Part shown: piece by piece, positions 12,307 through 24,554 of the stretch
Layout: each line of letters opens with the position of its first letter
How positions within the stretch are numbered: position 1 is the stretch's first letter
Program-made: the position numbers and the translations under genes
Source of the DNA: Marsupella aquatica
Lineage: Eukaryota > Plantae > Marchantiophyta
DNA length: 64,000 bases
Direction: 5' to 3'
Assembly: GCA_973895155.1 (NCBI GenBank)
Contig: OZ316899.1
Coordinates: forward strand, 2,441,573 to 2,505,572
Notes under the pieces: generated by a model
The model's database searches: none
Told to the model about the DNA's origin: nothing
Seen by the model: only the letters and a program-made list of their open reading frames with translations

Positions 12307-12615
12307 ATTGTTGCTTTATCGTTGAACAGCTACAATTGTAGTTTGTCTTTTCTAACGGGCAGAAGTGTGAGTTCTTAAAGTGTTGTTTTTTTAGTATAAT
12401 ACAATACTAGCGCCCGGCGCTAGTATTGTATGACTTTGTTTCGACTTCATATTTTGTTGCAATATATTGGAGTCCTTGTGTGAAATCGTCAAGAAATTTC
12501 CTCTGATGTTGTACAATGGTGGGACCCACCATAATATTGTCCGCACAATTATTGCATATATGGACGCTACATACCCTGAAGAGAAGAAACTAAAATGCAT
12601 ACAAGAAAAAAAATA

Positions 12616-12729
12616 CTCATACAAGAAAACAGAAACTCGTACGAGTAAATAGATATGCTCATACGAGGAACTTGTTTACTCGTACGAGACAAAATTTTGC
12701 TTGTACGAGGAAAAATTGGCTCGTATGAG
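12616..12729. repeat. MULE right subterminal array of six CTCGTACGAG-like palindromes
   Basis: Copies at 12616, 12636, 12658, 12679, 12700 and 12720 (about 21-bp period); one degenerate copy at 4476 on the left end. Confidence 0.85.
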
Positions 12730-12767
12730 AATATCTATTTACTATTTGCTAGCACGGTGGTTATACC

Positions 12768-13920
12768 CTGATACGTGAGGTACCCCAACCTTACAAACGT
12801 TTCTTCCGTCATGATATTGACTCTTGATCCCCCGTCTATGAGGACCATCTTGATAGTACAGCCCTTGACTTTGATCGAGATGTCCGAGGCTCCCAGGTCT
12901 TTGCAAATCATATTACAGTCCGCAGTACCTACACGGGGTAGCCTTCTCCTCCTCCGACCAGTGAGTTGCTCCCTAAGTTGTTGCCGGTACTGTGAATTGT
13001 TTTGGAGTAGTTGTCCAACTGTCGCTATGACGGGGCAACTTTTCACATCTTGTTGAATGTTGTACTCTCCCTTCTTTTCCTCCGTTGGTTGCAATTTTGC
13101 CTTGGCCTCCCGCTTCTCTTGCTCTTCTTGTTGGGAGGCTTTGGTTGCTTTAAGGTCCTTATCAATGGCCTTCTAGTACTTTTGTGCTTCGTACGCCTCC
13201 AACTGTTGCTTCACCAATTCTTCAATACAAGGGTAAAATAGCTTCAGATCATCTCGGCGGTAGTCGTCATCTTTCTCGAGTGGAATCTCTACCGTGGGTT
13301 GTACTGGTTCGGTGTCCTGCTTCTTGCGACATTTTTCTTCCTGCTTCTCTTGCTTGCATTTGGCCCTTGTCAAGACGCGGTAGCATTCGGGTTCATCGGA
13401 AGGGGATGGATGTTTTGTTACATTGACCAGGTTGACCCATTTGGTTGTGTCATCTCACCACTCCACATCCACCATCTACACCACCGCATCGCTTGGGGAC
13501 GGTCCTAGTTGTGCTGGTTGAGTTAGCCCGGGCCGCTATTACCAGTGGGCAATTAGCTGTAGAATGAGCTTTGGTCTTACACACTTGGCACAATGGCATG
13601 CCTCCGCCATCTACTTGTCATCTTTGCTTGGTGCATTCTTTGGCAAAGTGTCCGGGCTTCTCACAGTTGTAACAAACAGGGGATCACCAAATCCCAAGTT
13701 TTGGAGGGATGCTCGGATTACTGATAACTTGCAATGGCCGACCATTATTAGGGTATGGGTACGCTATCCTCCCAACTAAACTGGGACCTCCCGTGGAGAT
13801 CTGATACACAGAGTCTGTGGGGTCCTCAAAGAAGTACTCAGTGGACTCAGGCTCTGGGCCCGGACTGTCAACATCATCCAACTCCACCTGATGGACGCAA
13901 TTCTTCCATCTTGGGCATTC
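12768..13920 (-). pseudogene. Gypsy gag C-terminus / aspartic protease N-half (same host element as 2997-4429)
   Basis: VLIDGGSRVNIMTEETFVRLGY active-site motif; continuous across the MULE TSD. Confidence 0.85.
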
Positions 13921-14855
13921 AGTCGCGGAACTTGACTACCTTAACACTTAGCTCCGGCGTTGCTGACTCCGACGCCGAGCTCCCTTATGGTCCAGGCCCG
14001 AATAGGCCATCCGGAGAGGACTTAGCATGTGGAGACTTGTGGGCAATGAGACGTGGCACTCGCGAAGGCAGGAGCCAAGCTGGTGATACACACTAAGGAC
14101 TTAGGCAAGCTGAGAGCTGGTCGGGTCAAGGGGAAAGGGGCCAGACTCAAGGTTGACCGTCTGGGTCCCCGGATAGACTTTGAGTTATTGGGCTTGAGTG
14201 TGAGCTCCTCTTGGGCCCAAGGTCAATGGAGTTGACGCCATGGGCAACAGACGCTTGGGGCGTGAGTTATGGCCCAATCCGGGTTTGGCCGATTGGGTAT
14301 CTCGAGCGACAATGAGACCTGAGGGCCTAGGCATGAGCACTGGGTCGGCCCAATCACAACAGGGTAAGGCACTCCGCTTGCGGACGCTAACAAGAAAGTT
14401 ATGGGCGTTGCCAGTTGGTGGCGCGCCCAGTATGCGCGATAGGATCCGGGTTTGAGGCCAAATGTTTAGGGACCAAAGCTGGTCCGGGGGTGGCAGGTCT
14501 CCAGAAGCATATATGAGGGGGGAGTGGTGTCTCCGTGGGGCCAAGGGCGAGCCGAAGTCGTGAGCCGCGACAATCGCGACACTAAGGGAAAGCGCCAAAC
14601 GGAAACGACGATATCTTCCCAACGGGAAGTCCGTTGGAGGACTTCTTCGATGCGTTGGAACGATCTCAAGGAGGGCTACATCCTCCTGAGATCAGCTGGG
14701 TCTGAAAGCGCCATGGGTTCTCAAGGTTTGTGGGTGTTAGCTCGCCCGCTTGCCAAATCCTGTCAAACAGCAGCCAAGCCACGTTCAGTCTCCCAAGGGA
14801 GCTTGCATTGGGGAGGCAAGGCCAAGTAGGCGTGGACGTTGAGTTCCAAGGTCAC
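13921..14855 (+). mobile_element. 3'-truncated LTR of the chromovirus family at 22.9-34 kb
   Basis: Starts AGTCGCGGAACTTGACTACCTTAACAC; collinear with the LTRs at 22920 and 30413 for about 930 bp. Confidence 0.9.
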
Positions 14856-16135
14856 TCATTGGATGGGGATGCTACTTTGTGAGGTGTATTTGAGGCCTAG
14901 GCTTCAGAAAGTAAAGTGTTTGAGTTTGGGCCCCAAATTGTGTTTATCACTCGTCTGGATCGCAGCCAAAAACAGTTCATTTTCCCAAGGTGACCCTTGC
15001 ATTCAGTCCACGCGACATTGGCAAACATACTAGGGATACCTTGGGGCAATTATACAAGATGGGTGATAGCAACGAGATTGATCGGATTTCCCGCATTGTC
15101 ATGACGATGATGCGGAGTATAAGGAAGAGATCAAAGCTGAGAAGGAAAACAGAGATGCGGCAGAACAACCCGTTGTCTCCAAGAGGTGTTGAAGGTAAAA
15201 GGGCAGTTTGATGGGAGGAACGTAACAAGTTATCTAAAGAGTTACCAGACAGAAGCAGCTGTCTACAAGTTCAATGAGGATACAGCCATGAAGGAGTTCC
15301 TGGTTCTGGTGGAGCCAGAGCTAACCTCCATGGTAAAGTTGATCATTGATTCGGCTGAGAATTGGGATGATTTTGATTCCAGGATGAAGGAGGAGTTCCA
15401 AGCTGAGGATGCTGATAGAGTCACTCAAGCCACGTTTCTTGATTGGGTGAATGATCGTAATAAGAAGCTAAAGGGTCCGCAAGAGTTGTTGAGGGAATTC
15501 AAGCGTAAGGTGTCCCAGTTACCAAAGAGGTATGTTGGGATCATTGAGATGCAATGCTCCACTCTCTTCTTGAGAGTAGCGGATGAGGATCTCAGAGAGG
15601 AATTGGAAAATGCAATGGAGTTATTGGAGCCGACTAGGGTGACCTTGTCGAATGATTGGAACCAAGTGGAGAAGGCGGTGTCAAAAGTGAGCAATCGGCA
15701 CCGGAGGCGAGAGTTGGACAAGGAAGCCACGACTCATGAGTTGAAGGTGCCTGAACGGTTGTTGGCTAAGGCAAAACGAGAACTAGCCAAGGAGGAAGTG
15801 TTGCCGGTAATAGATGATCTTGCGGAAATGATGCAGAACTTGAAAATCCTGATTGCACATTTGGCTGAGAAGCCAAAGGCTAGAAGCGTCCCTGAGAGGA
15901 GACAAGAGACCCAGAGCTGGCCATGTATGTGGTGCGACAATAAGGACCATGACACGAGGGAATGTCAGGATCTGAAGGAAGCAGCTGATAAGGAGTTGGT
16001 CAAGTTCACCGGAGAGATTGGCCAAAAGAAGATATCATTTCCGGACAATGAAGAGCCGATTCCTTCAATTCAAACAAGAGAGGGATGGAGGCATTGGCCG
16101 AGAGGCGGGCTGGCAAGAGAAGTGGAGAGGCATCC

Positions 16136-19100
16136 TGTGATGTCGTGCCAGGATCACGAAGTACTTAGTTAAGCCTAAAATAATGGCTAAATAAAGATTA
16201 GGTAGATATAATTAGGGAGGAATAAAGATCGAAGCCGATTGCAATATGTTCAAGGGAAATTGTGATGGGATCGGATCCAACGGTCGTGATTAAATGGGAT
16301 TAGGGTTATGACCTAATCGGGGCTTGATCAGGTAAGCCATCAGGAGGCGGCTTTGTAGGGAGGGGACCGACACTCTGTACACTTGTGCAATTGCTTGTTC
16401 GATCAACCTAGGGAGGTGGAATCAGCTGCCGATCGATCGGGGGAGGTGATTTGGGAAATTGCGCAAGTTCTTGACATTCGGTGGAATGAACACGGTGAAT
16501 CAGGCAAGGAAGTTTTGGGGTTGTTTGCTTGAAGAAGCAAGGCAGCTGATACCTACGTATGAAGACGTTGAGCCGGAGCGCGCAGCCAGAGAACGAGCGG
16601 AGCTTGCGCGATTGTGGGGAATTCACAAATCGGCATTCGTAGATACGGAGGAGGTGTTGGAAAAGTTCTCGTGAACACCCACCAGTGCGGAGCTTGACGA
16701 ATTGCTAATTCGGGAGAATAAGGTCGTGGGGATCAGGGAGGCAATCAAGAACGTCGGGCAACCACTTTGGGAATTGAAGGGTCACACTGCGAAGTGGACG
16801 AAGGTAGCTATTCTTGGGGAGTATTCAGGCGCTGAAGAGATGAAGCGCAAGGGAGGTTCGGCATCTGCAACTCCAGCAAAGCAAACTAGGTAGGAGAGAC
16901 CAATCAAGATGGAATCCGGGCCAATTAGAGATCGGGCTGTAGAAGATAAAAACATGACAGGGTGGGCGAACAGGTTACCTGCCAATTTACAATTACAGTT
17001 CGCAAGAGATGAGGATGAGGTCTTCAGTGCCATTCAAGATAATAAATATGCAGGATATATGAATGACACTGGGTTGGAGGGCTTTGTCAGGTTGTCCTGG
17101 AGAATGGTAGACATACCGGATGAGGATCTGTTGGACTTCGTGGGATGTTGGGAGGCTTCTTCCAACACAACGCTGCTGTATGGAAAGGTGTTCGAATTAA
17201 CACCTACGCTTATCGAAGCCGTGTTCGCTTTACCAACAGGAAGGAAGACAAAGGTGGAGCAGAGGAAGACGTTGCCAGACGACCAGTTCAGGTCATTTCC
17301 AGGGCCTTCCACTAAGAATGGGTTTTTCAGGAATCAATGTACCAACCCACATATAGGGCAGCTGATTGATTTCCTGAGAGTCTATCTCTTAATGCAGTTG
17401 AAGAAGGCATTAAACAAAGAGAAGTAGAGCATTGGGGAGGGAGCGATATCCAGACTAGGGTACCATCTGCAATTACTTTGCCGATATGCAAGAAGCCAGT
17501 CTTTTGCACCAGTGTTTCCTATACAGGAGCGGATGCAGATCACTGCACCACTTGAGGAGGTGGAGGAGGACGAGGAGCCTCTAAACATACGACGCCACGG
17601 GAGGAGGTCGACAACACAGGCAACACGAGAACGGGAGCATTCCCCTATCAAGGAGCCAGAGGTAGTAACATATGATGTAGTGAGAAATCCGTTACGCCGG
17701 CCTACTCGCAATAATCCATATGCAGGCATCCAGTTGGTCGAGAGGAAGATGACTGCCAAAGAGAGAAAGAAATATGATGAGCGAATGGATTCGGAGACAA
17801 ATGAGGAGGTAAGCCAAGGCCAGGAGAGGCCGGTAGTAAAAGCTTCTAACAGAGCCCAAGTGAACGGACCCGTGGAGGAAGGTCAACCAGCAGCAGCCCA
17901 ACAATTTTCAGAGGAAGAGATCGGGGGCTTTGGAGGAGAGGCCGGCATGTTAGGTAGTTAGGTTAATGTGGATGATTACGACAATGACTATGTCGATCAC
18001 GGGGAGAGGCCGGTACTAGGAGTTAGAACGATGGGAAGGTTTTGTAGAAGACTTCCCGCGGTCTTCTATGGCAAACCGGAGGACCAGAAAATGCCAGAAT
18101 CTCCTCCACCAGATGTGACGCCATTGGAATTCGACAAGATGAAGGAAGTTGAAGCCGGGCTACATGAGAAGATTAAGGAGTGGGGGGCCCGGAATGCAGA
18201 ACACGAATGCCAGCTACCAGGAGGAGAGTGGCCGGAAGGAATAAGACGGCTTAGTGAGAGGCAAGCCGAACCTCTCACTGACTTCGATCAATTACGGGCA
18301 GAAGCTTGGGAGAGACGACCTCGATGGTAGTTGCCAGTATCACCTGGGAGGTCAAACTATGCAAGAAATCGGGCTAAGGAGTATGGAGTCATGTGTGGAG
18401 TCTTAGCCTTAGAAATCTTCGGCAACTAGTTGGAATCCGGGCCATTTCTTAGAAAGGAAATGGCTGATCAGACGAGACTGGAGGAGGCAATGACATTGGA
18501 GTGACTGAAGAAGGAGGAACTGTTTGCTCGGCTTCGCTCCATGGAGGCCAAAGTTGCTAAGACAAAGTCTGGTCAACCAACTCAGTAGGATCTCTTGGCT
18601 AAGCAGCAGGAATTGGAAGTGGCAAACAATCAATTGGAAAACTACCAATTGGATAACCAGCAGATCAAGGAAAAGTTGACGAAGATAGAGCTGGAGTTAG
18701 CCGATTCAAAAGCAGAAGTACAGGGTTTAAATCGCCAAGTTGAGTGGCTCAGAAAGACGGCTAAGGAGCAGGCCACCCAGAGCAAGAAGGCCTTGGCAGA
18801 AGCCCAAAGGAAGTATGATAAGTTACTCGACCGGTTGGAGGCCATGCGTGAGAAGCATGATGACACCATGTGCACGGCGGCCAATGATCACCTAAACCTG
18901 GTTCAGCAGATACGCAAGGAGCTTCAGGAGGAGCTAACTAGGACAAAGCAGGCATGGACGAACAAGGTCACAAAACTGGAAGGTATCAACGACTCCTTGA
19001 AAGCAGCCGTAGATAAGCAAGAGTTGGAGATCGTGCAGATCTTAAATGAGGAGCTGAAGATGGCCAGGGCCAAGATACTACGGCTTAACGATGAAGTTGG

Positions 19101-20679
19101 AGACGTATCTCAGGAATTGGAGGAGGCCAAGGATAAGATGATCGGGTTGCAGAGGCGTGCCGACAATCAAATGCAGAAATTGAAGAAGTATGCCAAAGCA
19201 GGATATGGGTCACCAACTGAAAGGCTTCCCATCAGTAGTATGGTAGGCGGAAATATAGTGAAGCCAAAGCCGAAGCCAAGCTCCTTGTTGTCAAGCGTGA
19301 CTGGGGCAAAGCCATGCAGTTGGTGGCAGACTTGGCAAAGACGTTCATGGGGCTAGGCGATAATAAAGTTAAGGCCCTTAAAGCCACTCCGGAGGAAGTC
19401 GAGAGCATGGCCGCTCACATTTGTGGTACTGTGGCCCTGAAGGCAGCTGTGGTAGAGGTAAGTACTGCGGATCAACTTGGAGTTGCGGTAACAGGTTTAG
19501 ACGATGGTATTGCTTCTATGGACGCACAGACCGTGAAGCCGTGGGTTATCAAGACCGAGCGCATCGGGGAAAAGGCTTGGATTGAGGAAGTTAAGGCAAA
19601 GGCTCTCCAAGCCGTTTCCCAGGAGGATGCGGATGCGGATGCCGATGCCGAGACCGAGGCCGGGGCCGACAAACCAGAACCCGAAGTCGAGGAAGCCGAA
19701 GGGGTCAGGCCGGGGCCAATGGCAGGAGAAGGTGCAGAGTCGGAAGATTCGGACTTACCCCCGATCATCTGACAATTAAGGAGGGCCAGTCATCGGTTGG
19801 AAGGAGGACGTGGCGGCAGGAGAAGGGCTTGGGCCAGAAGGGCGCGGCCGTTGTAGGATGGGACAGGGCAAGTAGCGCCCTGTCGGCTTAGGTAGTAGCA
19901 GATGCTCGGTTCACACAGGGTTCCGGGCTATTCAAGTTTTTAGGTGATAGTTTTTTGGTAGGATTATCGCGGTGGTAGGCCGTGTGTGGTGGTTAGGATT
20001 TCCGTTGTTTTTCCCTGGACACGCTGCAAGGATAAAAACCTGGGCAGCGTGGCTTCGAGGGCTTTTTCTTAATCAAGGCTTTAGTGTTAATCTGTATTGT
20101 TGTGAGCACAGGAAGCTCTCGGCTAAATCTAGACCGCAAGGTATCAGTAAACCACCAGTTTCCTTGGATTTCTGAGCAATTGTTTGAATTGAGTTGGCCT
20201 CGTTGCATAGTTCGCAGATTCTTGCCATCCAAGAAGTTGAATGTTATGATATCTGTTGCTTGATCAATTTGAGTCAGATAGGGTGAACTGTTGAGCAAAA
20301 TACAATCGCATTGTCTTGATTGGAGACTGCCCAATCAAACTCTGAGAGAAAAGTGAGGATTGAGAGTGTTAGTCGGTGAAGTGTGGGTTGAGTCAGTCTG
20401 AAAAAGACCTTCAGCCGGCTTAAGAAATTAAGCCGTAGAGGTACATTCCGGGGGCGGAATACAAATATACCTGAAGAAGTTAAAGAGGAATTAGGTGTCT
20501 CAGTTGTGCACAATTCACAAGCCCAGTGAAAGAATCGGTCCGGTAAGTGTGGATTGAAGGAGAGTATCGCATTTCCAAGCCGAATAGCTGCCATAAGGCA
20601 AGAGGACGGACATAAACAAGTGGTTTATGATCGGTTGAGGGTAGTTCTTGGGGTTAGAGGTCTTGGGATACGTGCCACA
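16136..20679 (+). mobile_element. 4.5-kb TG...CA insertion without terminal direct repeats (ORF-bearing solo LTR)
   Basis: TGTG...CACA ends; 5-bp TSD CATCC at 16131-16135 and 20680-20684. Removal restores host gag frame SGEAS|SSHVEANIYNIE. Confidence 0.8.
16702..19772 (+). pseudogene. Retroelement accessory ORF: Transposase_32/PMD-like domain + acidic linker + long coiled coil
   Basis: GLEGFVRLSW...LDFVGCW...LYGKVFELTPTLIEAVFALPTG; heptad-rich 18595-19356; acidic tail. Broken into several frames. Confidence 0.55.
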
Positions 20680-23600
20680 CATCCTCTTCACATGTGGAAG
20701 CGAACATTTACAATATTGAGTTGGATGGCCCTGTGATCAAGTCGGATGAGTATTACCAAAGATTGGTGGATTGTGTCCAAGAGAAGTTGGGATGGGAGGA
20801 CCCGATTCTGATCAATATGATTATAGTTGAAGTAGGAGCGGCTTGGGACATAGAAGCCAACTCTAAATAGAGGAAAACTGATGAGGATGATACCTCGTTG
20901 CAGTTGGGGGAATGAGAAAGACGGGAAACTCGTGAACGAGAGAGAAAGGTTAGGTTTGAAGAGGAAGAGGAAGAGGACATTGAGAAGCAACCGGCTGCTG
21001 AAAAGCCGATTAGGAAGGATCCAGGTTGGGTTTCGGAAGAGATTTGGATCAGGACATGTATCCGGAAATGGTGGCCAAAAAGTTTTGGAGCGAGCAAGCT
21101 CAAGGGTTTACCAATGCTGAGCTATTCGGGAGCATAGAGCGAGAGATCCAGGAAGCTATTTTGGAGAGGTCGAAGAGAAAGCGGATATACAAAGACGGAC
21201 CTCATACCTTGATGGGGGAGGCCCGATGGTTGGACTTGGGTGGATTTTGGACTTATGCAACCATTGTTGATGCGGAAACTGATGATGAGTTTGAGGATGC
21301 GAACAAGGAATTCGAGGAAGAAGCTGGAAAGAACGAAGTTGGAATTGCGCTCGACAATAGGCTCGTGACCAGAGTTGAAAGTCGAGCAGCTGAGGTTCAG
21401 GTAAGGTGGTTTGGAGGCTTTGGAACGATGAAGGAAGGTTTCTCTTACCGAGATGGGCACTGGGCAAGGACTTGTCCAGAAGGCGAGTGTGAAATAAGGG
21501 GAATGAAAGGCAAAGTGAGGGCCTTGTTTGACTCAGGTTCTGAGATTAACTTGATGTCTAAGAGTGTTTATGAGAAAGGGCAATGGAAGATTGATAAGGA
21601 GTTGGTTTGGGCTATGAATTCCGTGAGTTCCATGAGGGATTTCCTTTGGGGTGGTTGTCCTAATGTTATTGTGAAGTTCAGGAATGTGGCCCAACCTTGT
21701 AATATTTTTGTTCAGAGCTGTTATCATTCCCAATCATTTTGGGCATGCCATTCATAACTACGTTGAGAATGGAGACCAAGGTACTTGATGATACTACTTA
21801 CATGGTGAAGATTCATAGTAGCGATGGGATCCAGGTGGTGCAGTTCCCTGTTGTGTTCCATGGAAATGTGCAAAACCAGAAGGAATTACGAGAGCCAAAG
21901 ACTAAGGTCAAGAGGAACTCTAACGAGGAAAGAGAACAGGGAAATGGGTTTACGCTCCGCTGAAGTTCATGGACCAGCGGAGCGCTTGTGTTTTGGCTCC
22001 ACAGGAGAACAAGTGTTTTTCCAATTTGTTTGTAGGTTGCACTCCAACTAGCAAAGTTACCTATGTTGGTGGGAGTGAGATGACCGGGCGGCATAAGAGA
22101 TATGTGAAAGAAGAAAGTCAGACTTTGGCCAAGTCTAACGAGCTTGATGATGATGAGAGTCTGGAAGGCATTTTGGTGGAAACCGGATGCGACGAGCCAC
22201 TTGAGAGTGTGGTTTCTGACTTGGAAAGTGGGAAGATGGAAATAGAGTTGAGCGAGTATCAGTACTCGCTTGTCTCTAAAATTGTCTATTCAAACACAAA
22301 GTACAAGACCGTCAACAAGAAGGTGAGACCCGCAACGATACCTTTGCCGAATAATGCGATGGAAGTGATGGAATGAGCCAGACTGGAACCGAGATTCAGA
22401 CTCAAAGGTTGAATAGGGCATGGGCTTACCTAGGAGAGTCTAGCAAGACTCAGAATAGGTTCTGATGGGCTGCTTACTAAGATGGAACAGGAAGCATTTC
22501 GAAGGATCATTATGGAGCATGGTAAAGCTTTCTTGTTCTCGATTGATGAGATTGGTTGTGCAGATCCAAGTAAGGTGACACCGACGGTCATCTTCACTCT
22601 CCCGCATGTTCTGTGGGATCTGAAGCCGATTGCCATTCCGCGGGCTTTGGCTCCAAAGCTGGCGGAACCATTGAAGGAAAAACTAAGTGCTAGGACTCTT
22701 GAGAGGTCGGATGCTCCATACTCAAACAGATGGTTTACGGTTCGGAAAAAGAATGGGAGTTTGAGGTTCATCCAAGACATGCAACCGCCAAACAAAGTGA
22801 CAATCAGGAATGTGGGAGTAGGACCACTCATGGATGAATTTGCCGAGCAGTTTTCCGGGAGGGCAATCTACTCTACGGGTGATCTATTTTTGGGCTATGA
22901 TCAGTTTCAATTGTCGCAGAATCGCGGAACTCAACTACCTTAACACTTAGCTCCGGCGTCACTGCCTCCGACGCCGAGCTCCCTTATGGTCCAGGCCCGG
23001 ATAGGCCATCCGGGGAGGACTTAGCACGGGGAGACTTGTGGGCAATGAGACGTGGCACTAGCAAGGCAAGGGGCCAAGCTGGGGACACATACTAAGGACT
23101 TGGACTAGCCTATGGCTGGTCGGGTCAAGGGCAAATCGGCCGGGCTCAAGGATGGCTGTCCGGACCGTCGGATGGGCTTTGAGTTCTGAGGGCTTGGGAG
23201 TGAGCTCCTCTTGGGCCCAAGGCCAATGGAGTTGACGCCATTGGCAACGGACGCTTGGGGTGCAAGTTGTGGCCCGATCCGGGTTGGGCCGGCCGGGGGC
23301 CCCATCAGCAATCAGACCTGAGGGCCTAGGCATGAGCACTGGGTCGACCGGGTCACAACGGGCTAAGGCACTCCGCTTGCGGATGCCTATCAAGAAAGTT
23401 ATGGGCGTTGCCAATTGGTGGCGCCCCCATTATGCACGATGGGATCCGGGTCGGGGGCCAAATGTTTATGGACCAAAGTTGGTCCGGGGGTGGCAGGTCT
23501 CCAAAAACATATATGAGGGGAGTGGTGTGTCCCTAGGGGCTAAGGCCGAGCCGAAGTCGTGAGCCGCGGCGGTCGCGACACTAAGGGAAAGTGCCAAACG

Positions 23601-24414
23601 GAAACGACGATATCTTCCCAACGGGAAGTCCGTTGGAGGACTTCTTGGGTGCGTTGGAAAGCTCTTCAGGAGAGCTACGCACTCCTGAGCTCAAATGGGT
23701 CTGGGGGTGCCATGGGTTCTCATGGTTTGCGGGTGCTAACTCGCCCGCTTGCCAAATCCTGCCGAACAGCAGCCAAGCCGCGTCCAGCCTCCCAAGGGAG
23801 CTTGCGTTGGGGAGGCAAGGCCAAGTAGGTATGGAGGCTGAGTCCCAAGGGCGCTCGGTCCCTAGACCATCAGTGGGGCGAACCGGGAGCAGTTGTTAGA
23901 GTCGGGGCCGTTCTGGTCCCGGCGTGTTGAGACAAGCTTGGGACAAGCTTTAGGACAAGCTACGCTATTTGGGCCATGAGCATGTCCTGAGGTCAGGGCG
24001 GTCAGTTGGTGATGGATAGGTACGAGGGGGAACCCGGGCCGCGCCCAAGGAAGGAGTTGTTCTGGACGAACAGTGGGCGTGGGTTTTGGTTCCAGCTTAT
24101 GGCGTCGGGAGGACCTATCGCTGACCTAGTTACCAACGTCTATTAAGCTTGAGTTAGGATGCTAGACTGGGCGAGTTCTAGATCCGGAGGGGTTACTTAC
24201 CGAGGTGCTTGGTTGTTTGTGCAGATAGTGAGGACCGTTGAGTAGCGGTCGTGTAGGTGAGCAAGTGTGGCTTCATATGGGAGTGGCCGTAGGTGGTGCT
24301 AGAGGCACTTGGATGCTTGCTCGAGGAATATAGTGGAGGCGTTCGGGCACCAAGGGCACTTAGGCGCAAGTTCTGGGATTGGTGAGGGCGCTGGGTGGCA
24401 AGGTCCACCACTTG

Positions 24415-24426
24415 TGGTATCAGAGC
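24415..24426 (+). promoter_or_regulatory. Primer-binding site for tRNA-iMet
   Basis: TGGTATCAGAGC directly after the 5' LTR. Confidence 0.9.
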
Positions 24427-24554
24427 GATTGCCGACATAGACACCGGGCCGGGGTCGTGCTAATCAGAATCCAAAAATCTTAACGGATTTTTGCGGGGAC
24501 TTAGTGCTTCAACGTGCCCGGCGGGTCAACTAGGGCAGATTCGATCGCTGGGAA

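Larger units (their letters stand above)
4574..12430. repeat. Eight dispersed 15-bp palindromes TAGCGCnnnGCGCTA
   Basis: Copies at 4574, 6648, 6721, 7528, 8975, 10605, 10708 and 12408. The last extends to a perfect 31-bp palindrome (12400-12430). All are non-coding. Confidence 0.92.
4430..12767. mobile_element. Mutator-like DNA transposon (MULE) with two divergent genes
   Basis: 9-10-bp TSD CTGATACGT(G) at 4420-4429 and 12768-12777. Removal restores host protease LGYLTYQ|PTTRAIWLA. Degenerate TIRs (ggggatctctccgtgacaacaaatagcaaa vs reverse complement ggtataaccaccgtgctagcaaatagtaaa). MULE and SWIM motifs inside. Confidence 0.88.
14860..22919 (+). mobile_element. Non-chromovirus Gypsy (Phygy-like lineage, tentative), truncated in RT
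   Basis: Degenerate PBS-like TGGCAAACATACTAGGGA near 15019; gag FDGRNVTSYL...CMWCDNKDH; protease ALFDSGSEINLM; KYKTVNKKVRP; RT YSNRWFTVRKKNGSLRFIQD...GYDQFQL. Confidence 0.8.

Noticed and set aside
4574-12430. CRISPR-like array from the dispersed palindromes or the 705-bp repeats
   Set aside because: Spacing is irregular and kb-scale, there is no repeat-spacer structure, and no cas genes are present.
13940-14830. Many 60-145-aa ORFs in the chromovirus LTRs (also 23.0-24.4 kb and 30.4-33.9 kb)
   Set aside because: GC-rich LTR DNA; frames and stops differ between LTR copies; no domains recognised.
24415-24426. tRNA gene
   Set aside because: Only a 12-nt primer-binding complement; no cloverleaf.
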